DNA of 63,705 nt, the filler included, from Octopus bimaculoides (lineage: Eukaryota), in NCBI RefSeq assembly GCF_001194135.2. It is 4 parts of 4 records of this genome, joined end to end, with 100 filler letters (N's around TTAATTAATTAA, not from the genome) between each part and the next. Parts side by side here need not be neighbours in the genome. Positions count along the whole stretch, not along the records: positions 1 to 22,941 come from NC_069006.1; 3 more parts are not named here. The stretch is one strand, 5' to 3'. Below are positions 1-11,682 of this stretch, one piece after another. A program made the position numbers and the translations under genes. How positions within the stretch are numbered: the first letter of the stretch is position 1; the number at the start of each line of letters is the position of its first letter. The notes below the pieces were generated by a model. That model made no database searches and was not told the origin of the DNA. It saw nothing but the letters and a program-made list of their open reading frames with translations.

Positions 1-270
1 GCCACATATCGTATATGTGGTTTGTGCACTTAAAGACATGTAGTGTCCTTTAAATAAATAATATTTATCTCTCACCAGATGGAGTACTTTTTTTTTGTTG
101 ATCTTTCTATCATAGAAAAGTAGATTATACATACATATATATACATACATACATACTTGGGTCTAAATATACCTGTTTAGAGTTTATTGTTGGAGAAAAG
201 AGTGCTCAATACCACAGCAGAGATTATTAATATATTCATATTTTGGCCGAGTCAGTCTCTAGTTTCTCTC

Positions 271-350
271 AGTTTTACCTGTATGTGCACATAGACCTCA
301 GGCAGGTCATTTACTTGCCTGAGGGGCTCTTGTGCACCCACAGGTGGACT
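271..350. ncRNA. Candidate structured RNA hairpin (pre-miRNA-like)
   Basis: cctcaggcaggt (296-307) pairs with acttgcctgagg (313-324); gtgcaca (285-291) with tgtgcac (331-337); acctgt (277-282) with acaggt (340-345); agt with act at the base. Loop cattt. Unique sequence, not part of a recognised repeat. Confidence 0.35.
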
Positions 351-865
351 TCACAATAATAAGAAATCTCTCAACCAAAATAATATAACACACAAAAATA
401 TACATATATTATTTCAGTTTGTTCGTATGTCCACTTTCCATCTTGTTTCTTTTCATCTTTGTCCCTCATCCGTCCACTCATCGTCTCGTCTCGAATCCAT
501 ATTTGTAGGTCCACTTTCTGTATCGCATACTTATTTATTTCTCGTTTGTTTGGTCACTTTCTGTCATGTGTGTTCCCTTGTTCACCGCCTCACCATTTTC
601 TGGCAGCTCCTTGCTGCCGGCGTCACCAGAAAGGAGTAATATTAATGTTGAAGGAGCAAAATTGTATTTGACCTTCTGGCTGATGAGGACTTGGTGACCT
701 GTGTCTGTTTTCCATTTGTTTGTGCCTTTATTATATGTTAATGCTATGCTCAAAGCCTAAAGATTGCTTGGAGACACAAGGTGTGTTATAAGACACCTAG
801 TAGCTCATATCTTTATACTGTATGCATTAAATGAGACACACACACATACACTCTTTCTCTCATAC

Positions 866-1229
866 ATTCTTTACTTGTTTCAGTCATTTGACTGCAGCCA
901 TGCTGGAGCACTGCCTTTAGTTGAAGAAATCGACCCCAGGACTTCTTCTTTGTAAGCCTTGTCCTTAGTCTATTGGTCTCTTTTGCCGAACCGCTAAGTT
1001 ACAGGGACGTAAACATACCACCATCGGTTGTGAAGCGATGTTGGGGGGACAAACACAGACACACAAACATATACACACATATACATACATACATATAGAT
1101 ACATATATACAACGGGCTTCTTTCAGTTTCCGTCTACCAAATCCACTCACAAGGCTTTGGTTGGCTCGAGGCTATAGTAGAAGACCCTTGCCCAGAACCC
1201 GGAACCTACTTACCACACAGCCACTCCTG
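866..1229 (-). mobile_element. tRNA-derived SINE, family A (internally deleted copy)
   Basis: Reverse complement of the full copy at 57997-58393 (head caggagtggctgtgtggtaagtag, tail gctccagcatggccgcagtcaaatgactgaaacaagtaaaaga). Confidence 0.85.
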
Positions 1230-1764
1230 ACAAATATGGATGCAAACACACCCCTTAATAGAGAAACAGATATCAAACCCGACACAGATAAACCTTAAAT
1301 TTTCATGTTCAAAGCCTCTCCCCTTTCCTCACACTCTCCTCCTTCCCTTCCCACTACACCACCACAACTGTTGAGGCTATTGAACCCTACTCCTCCTCCT
1401 GACTACTCCATCTGATTCTCGCACCCATAGTTATGTGCATACATGCATTTGCACTCGTATTTCAATGTGTGTGTGTGCACACACTCCTATAGCTTGTACA
1501 ATTTCTTACCCACTTGCATTCTCCTCCCACTTCTTTCTGTGCACATGTGTGTGTGTGCATGTATATATGTGTATATATATATGAAAAATATAACATTGAT
1601 AAAGAAATGAGTAATGTGTGTGTGTGTAATATATACGCACGTATATATAAAGCTGTATATGTGTGCTGTCATTAGTTTTAAGATCTAATTTTCGGGATCT
1701 GTTTATCTCTGCACATGGACATAAAGGAAGACCATGTTACTGTTTGCATGCATATATGTGTGTA

Positions 1765-1765
1765 C

Positions 1766-1827
<62 letters not shown>
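1765..1827. repeat. (TA)n-(CA)n compound microsatellite
   Basis: Direct reading. Confidence 0.95.
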
Positions 1828-1833
<6 letters not shown>

Positions 1834-3228
1834 GTGTGCATTATATACACATATGCAAACTCCCATTGATGTTATCTTCTGATTATCTTCAAACTGGACT
1901 TTAGCGTGAGAATTGGTAGAGCATCAGGTAAAATGTTTTGTGGTGTTTTCAGTTGTAATAATCATAATGAATTTTTTTTTCTAATCCACCTGGAAAATGA
2001 TGTGGTCACAATGGTCAGTGGGATTTATTTTTGTCCAGTTAAGGCTCCACATGGTTTGTTGCCAATGTTTGATTGACTTCATGAAAGTGTGTGTGTGGGG
2101 GGGGGAGTGTTTTTAGATTGAGTTATGTTCCTTAATGCTTGTTCTGAGTTCAAATCCTGCCAGGGCCTCCTTTACTCATTCATTTCTTTTGAGGGTCAAA
2201 TGAAATATGGTAGCAATCATATATTTGTGAAGGAGGGCATGATATAATTGGTTATCCTTCACCATCATCACCCCCACCCCTTATAACCACCACCACCATT
2301 GTTACTACTACCCCTACCATCATTGTCACTACTACCCCCACCAGTTTTCAGCCTTACAACTCATGTATAGCAGAATCTTTTGGTAAAGTTACATTGCTCT
2401 ATGTTCTAAGTTCACATCTCACCAGGGTCAAACATTCTCCCTCATATATTTTCTTATTAAAAAATATTTGAAGTAAATTTAAGTATCTTAATTTTCTCAT
2501 AAAAATTGTTGCTGCTTTGGTGGCCCAGGAGGTAAGGGTGTTTAAAAGTAGTAACAAGACACAAGCAGAGGTTTCTAATCTCTGCCAGGAATTACAGGGG
2601 GTCTTATTAAACATTTTCATTTTTTATCTCTAGAGATAANNNNNNNNNNNNNNNNNNNNNNNNNNNNNNNNNNNNNNNNNNNNNNNNNNNNNNNNNNNNN
2701 NNNNNNNNNNNNNNNNNNNNNNNNNNNNNNNNNNNNNNNNNNNNNNNNNNNNNNNNNNNNNNNNNNNNNNNNNNNNNNNNNNNNNNNNNNNNNNNNNNNN
2801 NNNNNNNNNNNNNNNNNNNNNNNNNNNNNNNNNNNNNNNNNNNNNNNNNNNNNNNNNNNNNNNNNNNNNNNNNNNNNNNNNNNNNNNNNNNNNNNNNNNN
2901 NNNNNNNNNNNNNNNNNNNNNNNNNNNNNNNNNNNNNNNNNNNNNNNNNNNNNNNNNNNNNNNNNNNNNNNNNNNNNNNNNNNNNNNNNNNNNNNNNNNN
3001 NNNNNNNNNNNNNNNNNNNNNNNNNNNNNNNNNNNNNNNNNNNNNNNNNNNNNNNNNNNNNNNNNNNNNNNNNNNNNNNNNNNNNNNNNNNNNNNNNNNN
3101 NNNNNNNNNNNNNNNNNNNNNNNNNNNNNNNNNNNNNNNNNNNNNNNNNNNCACTAAAAGCAGGCAAAAAAGAAGTTATTTAAATTGATTTATATATATC
3201 ATATATTTTTTCTTTTACTACCACCAAG

Positions 3229-3338
3229 ATCTGCTCCTGCAGTCAGATTCACCCAGGTTTGTGTCCACAGCTTCCTTGGTCACCGTTCTGCCCTCCTACT
3301 CAACCGAGCATCAGAAAGATCTCTATATAAATGGGAAT
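3229..3338 (+). CDS. Candidate internal exon (xLLLQSDSPRFVSTASLVTVLPSYSTEHQKDLYINGN); protein not recognised
   Basis: Pyrimidine tract plus AG at 3227-3228, open frame, GTATGT donor at 3339. A second frame is also open. No homology confirmed. Confidence 0.3.
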
Positions 3339-3921
3339 GTATGTTTGTAAATTTGTCGCTGAAATGGCATATCCTGAAGAAAAACAAATTTGATTTTCGA
3401 AATCTGTGGCTCAATGAGAAGGAATTTGGTTATGATTGATCAGAAAATTTAATTTGTCATAAGAAATAACTGTTAAATACCTCAGTCATTTGTCATCTCC
3501 TCCTAAAGGTTCAATGTTGAACGAAATCATAATTAGCTCATCTACCTGTATTTTCTTTCACCCAATGTGTAATACCTCTACATGATGCAAAGCGCATTGT
3601 GACCAGTGATGTATAACTGCATCTAGTCAATCACATGATCGCTCAATATTCACGTTTTTCTCCTTTATCTTTACTCATTTTCCTTACCAAATGAAAGAAC
3701 CAATTCTTTTCATTCTTGTACATTGGTTGGCGTTGGCAATGATGGTACTGGTGATAGCAGTGCTGACTGGTGGATAATAGTAATTAATTATTAATAATTA
3801 ACAAGTATAAGAATTATTATTATTTTCATTGTTTTACTTTGTTTTGTTTTTTTCTAGACAAGATGTTCCTAGTCTCATCCTGAGACCTCTAGCAACAGCT
3901 ATTATTGATATTATTATTATT

Positions 3922-4135
3922 AGGCAGCGAGCCTTGCAGAATCATTAACATGCTGGACAAAATACTTAGAGATATTTCATCTACAGTTACATTCTGAGTT
4001 CAAATTCTGCCGAGGTCAGCTTTGCCGTTCATCCTTTTGGGGTCGATAAAATAAGTACCAGTTGAACACTGGGGTTGATGTAATCGACTCATCCCCACCT
4101 CCCCCAAGCTGCCCTTGTGGCAAAAATTTGAAATT
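3922..4135 (+). mobile_element. tRNA-derived SINE, family B (Deu/Nin-like body)
   Basis: ggcagcgagc head, gagttcaaattc B box, gaggtcagctttgccgttcatccttttggggtcgataaaataagtacc body, (ATT)n tail. Confidence 0.85.
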
Positions 4136-4589
4136 ATTATTATTATTATCATTATAAATTGATATAACTAAGAGATTGCTGGTCCAAATAAACACACTTT
4201 GACAATGTTTTAGCTGATTCCTTCAAGTTTCTGCGTTTAAATCCAGCCAAAGTCGATAATACAGAGAAATACCAGTTAAATACTATGGTTTGAGTTGTGT
4301 TGATCACCCTTAATCCCTCCAAAAATTTCTGACTTTGTGTCAATGCAAAAAAAAATGCTCATAATCATCACTACTACTACTATTATTATTATTTGGTAGT
4401 CTTATTTCTCTTGCATGGTTTCTAAATACATTGGGTTTGTGCAGCGTTATGTTTTGTTCCATTTGTGTTCTGTTTTATTGAATTTACTTTCTCAATAATA
4501 ATAATAATATTGGTAATGATAATAATAATAATAATAATAATAATAATGGTAATGATAATAATAATAACTTATCATTCNNNNNNNNNNTC

Positions 4590-4825
4590 ATTCTTGAGGT
4601 AGCCAATCCATTAACACATCAGACAAAACGCTTAGAAAGCATTTCATCTTGCTCTTTTTTTTTTAATTTTTTTTTTTTTAAAGTTCAAATTCTGCTGAGG
4701 TTGACTTTACCTTTTATCCTTTCAGGGTTGATAAAGTACAAGTGAAGTACAGGGGTCAATGTCCTCAACTACTAGCTCCTACCCACCAAATTTCAGGCCT
4801 TGTGCCTACAGTAGATAAAATTATT
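4590..4825 (+). mobile_element. SINE family B copy
   Basis: Same head and body; tail atttcaggccttgtgcctacagtag followed by (ATT)n. Confidence 0.8.
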
Positions 4826-4849
4826 ATTATTATAATCATTATTATTATT

Positions 4850-5145
4850 GATTTACTTCTCAGAGCACTCGGTCTTGTTTGTTCTGGTAGATTCTGTGAG
4901 AGCAGAGAGAAGACAGCAGCCTGCTTCCAGAGGTCTCACAGGGTCTCTTTCCACACGTTATAAACTTTGGTACTTGGTTGTTTCTAAGTACCAATCTCAA
5001 AACCTTAGCTGTCCCCAACAAAGCAGTTTNNNNNNNNNNTCCACACGTTATAAACTTTGGTACTTGGTTGTTTCTAAGTACCAATCTCAAAACCTTAGCT
5101 GTCCCCAACAAAGCAGTTTTTGGGGCTTGCTCTGTTCTCATGTCA
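4850..5145 (-). mobile_element. 3' end of an R4/Dong-like RLE non-LTR retrotransposon (partly duplicated across a 10-N gap)
   Basis: Minus-strand translation KTALLGTAKVLRLVL resembles the C-terminal QK.ALLGTA.ILRK.L motif of R4-clade ORFs; (TAA)n follows the 3' UTR. Confidence 0.7.
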
Positions 5146-5239
5146 ATTACGATTTCTTTGACATATTTCTCAAACTTTGTTGTTAGTGCTACAAGTAATC
5201 ATCATCATCATTATTATCATTATTATCATTATTATTATT

Positions 5240-5535
5240 GCAGTGAGCTGGCAGAATCGTTAGCACGCTGGATGAAATTCTTAGCGGTATTTCGCCCATT
5301 GTTGCGTTCTGAGTTCAAATTCCGCTGAGGTCGACTTTGCTTTTCATCCTATCGGGGTCGATAAATTAGGTACCAGTGGAGTATAGGGGTCGATGTGATT
5401 GACTGTCCCCCTCCCCACAAAATCCAGGCCGTGTGCCTATAGTGGAAAGGATTATTATTTATCCCAGTTGAGTACTGGAGCTGATGTAATCAACTAGCCC
5501 CCCCCCCACAATTTCAGGCCTTGTGCCTATATTAT
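5240..5535 (+). mobile_element. SINE family B copy with duplicated 3' tail
   Basis: gcagtgagctggcagaatcgttagcacgc...gaggtcgactttgc...; tail module repeated at about 5463-5535. Confidence 0.85.
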
Positions 5536-6122
5536 AAGTTATCATTATTATTATATTATCATTAGCACATTAATATTACATTATTATCACATTAATATTA
5601 TATTATTATTATATTATTATCATTAGTATTATATTATTATTATTGTTTTTGAAATTTTAATTTTCATTTTACATCTTTTATTGTTTATATATTATAAATT
5701 TTTTTGGGGTTTCTTTCCTAGAATCTATATTTCTGTCTCCAAATATCAACAATAAAACAAACAAAAAAAAAATACTTTCTTAATGATTTTTTGTGTTTTT
5801 TTTTTTCATTTTCTTTTCATATTTTTTATGTTCTTGATAAATTTTTGTTTTCTTAATTTTTTTGCATAAATATGTATACAAATAGCCCCCAAAAAAAGAA
5901 ACATATATGTAGATGTACACACACACATGTGTGAATATGTATAAATATAAACACGTGTGCAAATGTAGGCATACACATGTATATACATGTCTGTATGCAT
6001 ATTTGTGTACACATGCGCATGTNNNNNNNNNNNNNNNNNNNNNNNNNNNNNNNNNNNNNNNNNNNNNNNNNNNNNNNNNNNNNNNNNNNNNNNNNNNNNN
6101 NNNNNNNNNNNNNNNNNNNNNN

Positions 6123-6382
6123 CAAGGTCGTGAGTTCAATTCCTGGCGACATGCTGTGTTCTTGAGCAAGACACTATATTTCATGTTGCTCCAGTTCATT
6201 CTGCTGGTAATAACGAGTTGTACCTATTATTCAAAGGGGGCCAGCTTTGGCACTTTTTGTGTCATACTGAATCTCCCAAGAACTACATCAAGGGTAGATG
6301 TGCCTGTGGAGTGCTCAGCCACATGCATGTGCTGTTCTGTTGGTTGGATCAACTAGAACCCTCGTGGGCGTAAGCAATAGAG

Positions 6383-6386
<4 letters not shown>
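6123..6386 (+). mobile_element. tRNA-derived SINE, family C
   Basis: gagttcaattcc B box, ttgagcaagacact CORE-like motif; homologous to 7298-7622 and to 59890-60075 (minus). Confidence 0.75.
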
Positions 6387-6430
<44 letters not shown>

Positions 6431-7297
6431 GTATGTAATATTAATAGTTTCTTATTATGAAACTAATAGATTTTATACAGGGCTGCAAGGGGAAGTGCTC
6501 AGAATAATTGAGACAAGCGTAAAATATTAGTTATAGAATAAAAACGCTGGGTTAACGACTCAACATATCACACCCCCTCAATGAAAATATATTCTTCAAG
6601 GCAGTGCTCCAGCATGGCCACAGTCTAATGACTGGAACAAGTAAAAGATATTAGAACTGATACACTTACCAAATTTAAGAATTATCATTTGTGAGTGTTA
6701 GACATTTGGACGTTGCAGTATTTAATAATACCTGATCCCTGGATGAAGACTTATGTGTGATTAGATCTCGTGAAGCAGGGATGCACCTCAACCCTTCAAG
6801 ACAGTGCCCCAGCATGGCCATAGTCAAATGATTGAAACAAACAAAAGAAAAGACCCCACTGATCGAATTTCTTTAGTTTGTCTTGATTTCGATGGCTGAA
6901 TGCCCTTCGTAACACCAACCGCTTTACAGCGTGTATAGTGCGCAATTCATCACAGTGTTATTACTAGAAAGGGTGTTATATCCTCATCAAGACTAAAGGG
7001 GCCTCTTATGTACATAAACCCCTTATCTGTCTTACACCTAATGCTTGTTATACCCAGTTTTTCTTGTAGCTCATTTGTGTCCTGTTCGTGTGCACTTGTA
7101 TTACATCCAGTAAACTCTGGGACCCAATAATATTACAGAGCTCTGGAATGTGTTCTCATGACTTTCTATATGTTCAGTAGAGATTTTCTCCTATCAAATT
7201 GATTGTTATTTTATTTAAATTTATTCAAATTTAACCTGGGTTGGCTATTCCTGCAATACTGTGATCAACTCTGTCTATTTATTGATTATATTTCTCT

Positions 7298-7622
7298 GCA
7301 TGAAGGTGCATGGCTTAATGGTTAGGGTATTTGTCTGGCAAGCATACAGCCATGAGTTCAATACCCAGCAGTGCATTATGTCCTTGAGCAAGACACTTTA
7401 TTTCACATTTCTCCAGTCCATTCAGCTGGCAAAAATGAGTTGTTTATGTATTCCAAAGAGACAACCTTGTCACATTCTGTGCCATGCTGAATCTCCCCGA
7501 GAAGTATGTTATGGATATGTATGTCTGTGGAGTACTCAACCATTTGCTTGTTAATTTCACAAGTAGGCTGTTCTGTTGATCACAACAACTGGAGCACTCA
7601 TCATTGTAACCAACAGAGAGCA
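7298..7622 (+). mobile_element. SINE family C copy
   Basis: tggcttaatggttag A box, gagttcaatacc B box, tccttgagcaagacactt. Confidence 0.75.
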
Positions 7623-7645
7623 GTTATCTATATATATATATAATC

Positions 7646-7957
7646 TCAAGGGTTGAACAGAAAGAATACAAGGAGAAAAGTTGGATGAAAGCAGAGTAAG
7701 GAGGAAGTAGACAAAAACTAAACGGATGGGAAATTAGACGACACCAAGATACACAGGATATTCGCAGTTGGGTGTTCTTCTTCAGTCAAAGATGCAAAAT
7801 ATAACAGTTTCATGCCAATTACCTTTGACTTCAAAGGTAATTGGCATAAAACTGTTATGATCTAATTTCCCATCTGTCTAGTTTTCATTTACTTCCTGTT
7901 TACTTTGCTTTCGTCTAACTTTTCTCCTTCTTGTAATTCTTTCTGTTCAACCCCTGA
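7646..7957. mobile_element. Foldback/MITE-like element with about 95-bp imperfect TIRs and an internal 28-bp-arm palindrome
   Basis: 7646-7738 is an imperfect reverse complement of 7861-7957; 7801-7828 is the reverse complement of 7831-7858 (27/28). Confidence 0.7.
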
Positions 7958-8029
7958 TACATCCATGTCGCACAATGCACATCGTTTGTTTACTTTATTG
8001 TAATATACACACATGTATGTATATATATA

Positions 8030-8420
8030 GGCGCAGGAGTGGCTGTGTGGTAAGTAGCTTGCTTACCAACCACATGGTTCTGGGTCCAGTCCCACTGTGT
8101 CTCACCTTAGGCAAGTGTCTTCTACTATAGCCTTGGGCCGACCAAAGCCTTGTGAGTGGATTTGGTAGACAGAAACTGAAAGAAGCCTGTCGTATATATG
8201 TATATGTATGTATGTATATGTTTGTGTGTCTGTGTTTGTCCCCCCAACATCGCTTGACAACCGATGCTGGTGTGTTTATGTCCCCATCACCTAGCAGTTC
8301 AGCAAAAGAGACCGATAGAATAAGTACTAGGCTTATAATGAATAAGTCCTGGGGTCGATTTGCTCGACTAAAGGTGGTGCTCCAGCATGGCCGCAGTCAA
8401 ATGACAAACAAATAAAAGAA
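8030..8420 (+). mobile_element. SINE family A, full length
   Basis: ggcgcaggagtggctgtgtggtaagt head, ccttaggcaagtgtcttc CORE-like motif, internal (TA/TG)n, conserved tail. Confidence 0.9.
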
Positions 8421-8577
8421 TATATATCTGTGGTAATATGTCCCATGGTTGGGGCTTAGTCCTACCTTATGACTTTCTCCTTCACATTCATCACTTGTAT
8501 ATCTTATTCCTGTTGAGTGAGAGTTTCTAATCAAAAGATCTGTAAAAGAAGCAAAAGAAAAAAAAAGCCTTAGAAAA

Positions 8578-8818
8578 AGGTTTGATTGACAGAAACTGAA
8601 AGAAGCCTATCATATGTACATGTATGTTCCCACCCCACTACCACTGTTTGACACCTGGTGTTGGTGTGTTTATGTCCCCTGTAACTTAGCAGTTTAGCAA
8701 AACAGACCAATAGAATAAGTACCAAGATTAACAAAAAAAAAGTACTGGGATTGATTCATGCAACTAAAAATTCCTCAAAGTGGTGCCCCAGCATGGTCAT
8801 GGTCTAATGACTGAAACA
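8578..8818 (+). mobile_element. SINE family A, 3' half
   Basis: acagaaactgaaagaagcc through gcatggtcatggtctaatgactgaaac. Confidence 0.8.
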
Positions 8819-9085
8819 CTTGACATAAAATAGTCTGAGCTTGTCCCTCAGTGTAATCATGACAGAAGATTCAATCTGCCTCACCTACATTTTAGTGCTA
8901 TCTGGCTGCAACGGTTGATGAGAGATGGGGTGAGATGTTGTCAACCTCACAGCTGTTAAGTTATTTTGCAATATCTTTTAAAACAGAAGACAAACTATTC
9001 TCTGTTTTGTTTTATTTCTGGTAATCTTTGATGAAACTCGTTATAGGCTTTGTTTATCATTAAACAAAACTTAAATTGGTTTCAG

Positions 9086-9160
9086 CAAGGCCTTGTTGTA
9101 TTCTTATCTATATCAGCTAATTCTTATCCGCTGCAGTCAATAAAAGAATTACCAGGGCAA
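9086..9160 (+). CDS. Candidate 75-nt phase-0 exon (QGLVVFLSISANSYPLQSIKELPGQ)
   Basis: tttcAG acceptor at 9084-9085, GTATGA donor at 9161, phase compatible with 3229-3338. No homology recognised. Confidence 0.2.
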
Positions 9161-9442
9161 GTATGAAGGTCATTTTCTCTTGGGAGTACTTTTTCTCTAC
9201 AAATCTATGACTCTGTGGATGTAAAAAAAAAACAAGATCCATTCATGGCCATCTATGTTGATTAATCTAATTACTCAGAGTTTCTCTCAATGTGTCATGT
9301 AAAGAAAAGCACAACATATTGTTTGTATATATAGTTATATTTTGCTTTCTAAATTCTGTAAGCTATGGGTGTATATTTTTTTGAACACACTGGCAAAATA
9401 TATAGCTCTGTTTTGGAGTCAGTTGCATATATGCTTAAGAAC

Positions 9443-9640
9443 GTGTGTGTGTGTGTGTGCGTATGTATATACATATATATATGTATGTGTACATATATAT
9501 CTATGTGAGTACATCTATATATAAATGTGTATATATATATATATGTATGTATGTGCATATATATATAAGTATATGTATGTATGTATATATAAGTGTATAT
9601 GAGTATACTTATGTGTGTGTGTATGTATGTATCATGCCAG
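9443..9640. repeat. Degenerate (GT)/(AT)/(ATGT)n microsatellite
   Basis: Direct reading. Confidence 0.9.
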
Positions 9641-10206
9641 TATATATATTTTTAAGACAATCAAAATTGTATATATTTATTGTTTTTTACAATTTCTGAA
9701 TTGATAAACATATATTTATGCCTGGGTATCTACACAGAATCATATAATCTCATGCACCCATGTTTTTTTGTGAAATTTTCAGCTAATCATCCTAAAAAAA
9801 CAAAAAAACAAAAACAAAACAAAAAGCAATGACAATATAAAGAAATTAAAATAAAATTTAAAATATGCAACTAAATATTAATTTTTTCCTTCTGGCTCTG
9901 TATGCTTGAGCAATTCGTTTTACAATTTAATAAAATATGAGCAAATTGGTTGTCCAACGTAAATAGTTTTAAAATTTTCCTACATGTATTACAACAAGAC
10001 TTGAAAATGTTTAACAAATCATAAAAATTACCTATTGGTGTATAGTTCATTAGATTTTTATCCCTACAAGAAACTTATATGACATTAAAAGATCACAAAC
10101 GAAATTTTTGTAACCATCTGCCTCCAGATATATCATTCCTTTAAAAATAGATATTGGAACTGTATGTAGATCTATTATTGGCTCCTTTGTACCAAAAATT
10201 ACATAC

Positions 10207-10261
10207 CGATCACCATTTTGGAATAATTCCTCTGTAGCTGAATGGTTTACACTCACCCAAA
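10207..10261 (-). CDS. Candidate 55-nt exon (xWVSVNHSATEELFQNGDR)
   Basis: attcAG acceptor and CG|GTATGT donor on the minus strand; would join the strong acceptor at 9213-9214 to give ...NGDRVIDL-stop. Confidence 0.2.
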
Positions 10262-10334
10262 CTGAATATGAATAAGACTTGCTTCAGTTTGGTATTTTTG
10301 ATTATTTATCCTTCCATATCAAAGACAATAGTTA

Positions 10335-10508
10335 ATGATGCAAGGCAGCAAACTGGTAGAATTGTTAGCTCCCCCACCCCTCCACTTCCCTCCAGGCAAA
10401 ATGCTTGGCGGCATTTCATTTGTCTTTATGTCCTGAGTTCAAATTCTGCCAAAGTAGACTTTGCCTTTCATCCTTTTGTGGTTGAAAAAACGAGTACCAG
10501 TTGAGCTC
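10335..10508 (+). mobile_element. SINE family B copy (runs into gap)
   Basis: gagttcaaattctgccaaagtagactttgcctttcatcc. Confidence 0.75.
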
Positions 10509-11185
10509 NNNNNNNNNNNNNNNNNNNNNNNNNNNNNNNNNNNNNNNNNNNNNNNNNNNNNNNNNNNNNNNNNNNNNNNNNNNNNNNNNNNNNNNNNNNN
10601 NNNNNNNNNNNNNNNNNNNNNNNNNNNNNNNNNNNNNNNNNNNNNNNNNNNNNNNNNNNNNNNNNNNNNNNNNNNNNNNNNNNNNNNNNNNNNNNNNNNN
10701 NNNNNNNNNNNNNNNNNNNNNNNNNNNNNNNNNNNNNNNNNNNNNNNNNNNNNNNNNNNNNNNNNNNNNNNNNNNNNNNNNNNNNNNNNNNNNNNNNNNN
10801 NNNNNNNNNNNNNNNNNNNNNNNNNNNNNNNNNNNNNNNNNNNNNNNNNNNNNNNNGAAAAGAGTTCTTTAATTTTTTCAAAGAATCAGGTTTTAAAATT
10901 ACCATGAAATACCCCCTCCCCAAATTTGATTTCTAGCATAAAACAGCCTTAGAAACATGCTGGAATGATCAAAATAACATTTCAAAATAACATTTTAAAT
11001 AGAAATAAGTGAGATATTGGGTGAAAAATTAGCAAACCTCATTTGAATATCAGAGAAATATACCTAGTAGATATAGCAAAAAGGTTAGATATGTGTAAAT
11101 ATTGACAGATAATTAGGAAATTTGTAATTTTTAAGTGATCTCATATGAGATCACTGGTAAGTAATGAGCTAAAGTTTGATACTAT

Positions 11186-11395
11186 TTAAGCCTTTAGCAT
11201 TTAAACTGGCCGTGTTAAACCCAAATATTTTACCAGGTCTATGTTCAAACTGGACAGATTTGGCCTATCACACCTACTCTACAATGTTATAGAAAAAAAC
11301 AATCACATCATTGGAATCTCAAAGCAATAACATAATACTTGATTAATTCAAAACAATGTGAGTCAATACGTATCACATTTGACCGAAAGAGTTAA
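11186..11395. mobile_element. TTAA-flanked MITE (piggyBac-like)
   Basis: ttaa-gccttt at the left end and aaagag-ttaa at the right end, consistent with degenerate TTAA-CCCTTT TIRs. Confidence 0.5.
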
Positions 11396-11682
11396 ACAGA
11401 ATAACTAAATGAAAAAAATAATAAATAAATTTTCTGACCATCAAAAGAAAATTTCAAATGAATTATTCCATAATAAACTCATAACCAATCCATCATAGAA
11501 CAGTTTAGAGATTCAAAGAATATAACTAAACTCCAATCTAAACACAACAAATAGAAAAATAATTATTTGATATAACCCACCTTCTCAATACACAAATCAT
11601 CCTTTTACTCTGTGCAAAAACACTTCTGGTGTACACAGACATCGCTATTGAGCTAAAACAACCTCCCCAATTCTCCATTTCT

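Noticed and set aside
271-350. SECIS or H/ACA snoRNA reading of the hairpin
   Set aside because: No AUGA/GA quartet on either strand; no adjacent first hairpin and H box, and pocket-to-ACA spacing does not fit.
680-715. CTGATGA-GGAC as a hammerhead start
   Set aside because: No complementary stem II and no GAAA follows.
2607-3167. Long ORFs dominated by X (here and at every large gap)
   Set aside because: Artefacts of N runs.
8030-8110. tRNA genes
   Set aside because: A and B boxes belong to SINE heads; no cloverleaf or anticodon arm can be built.
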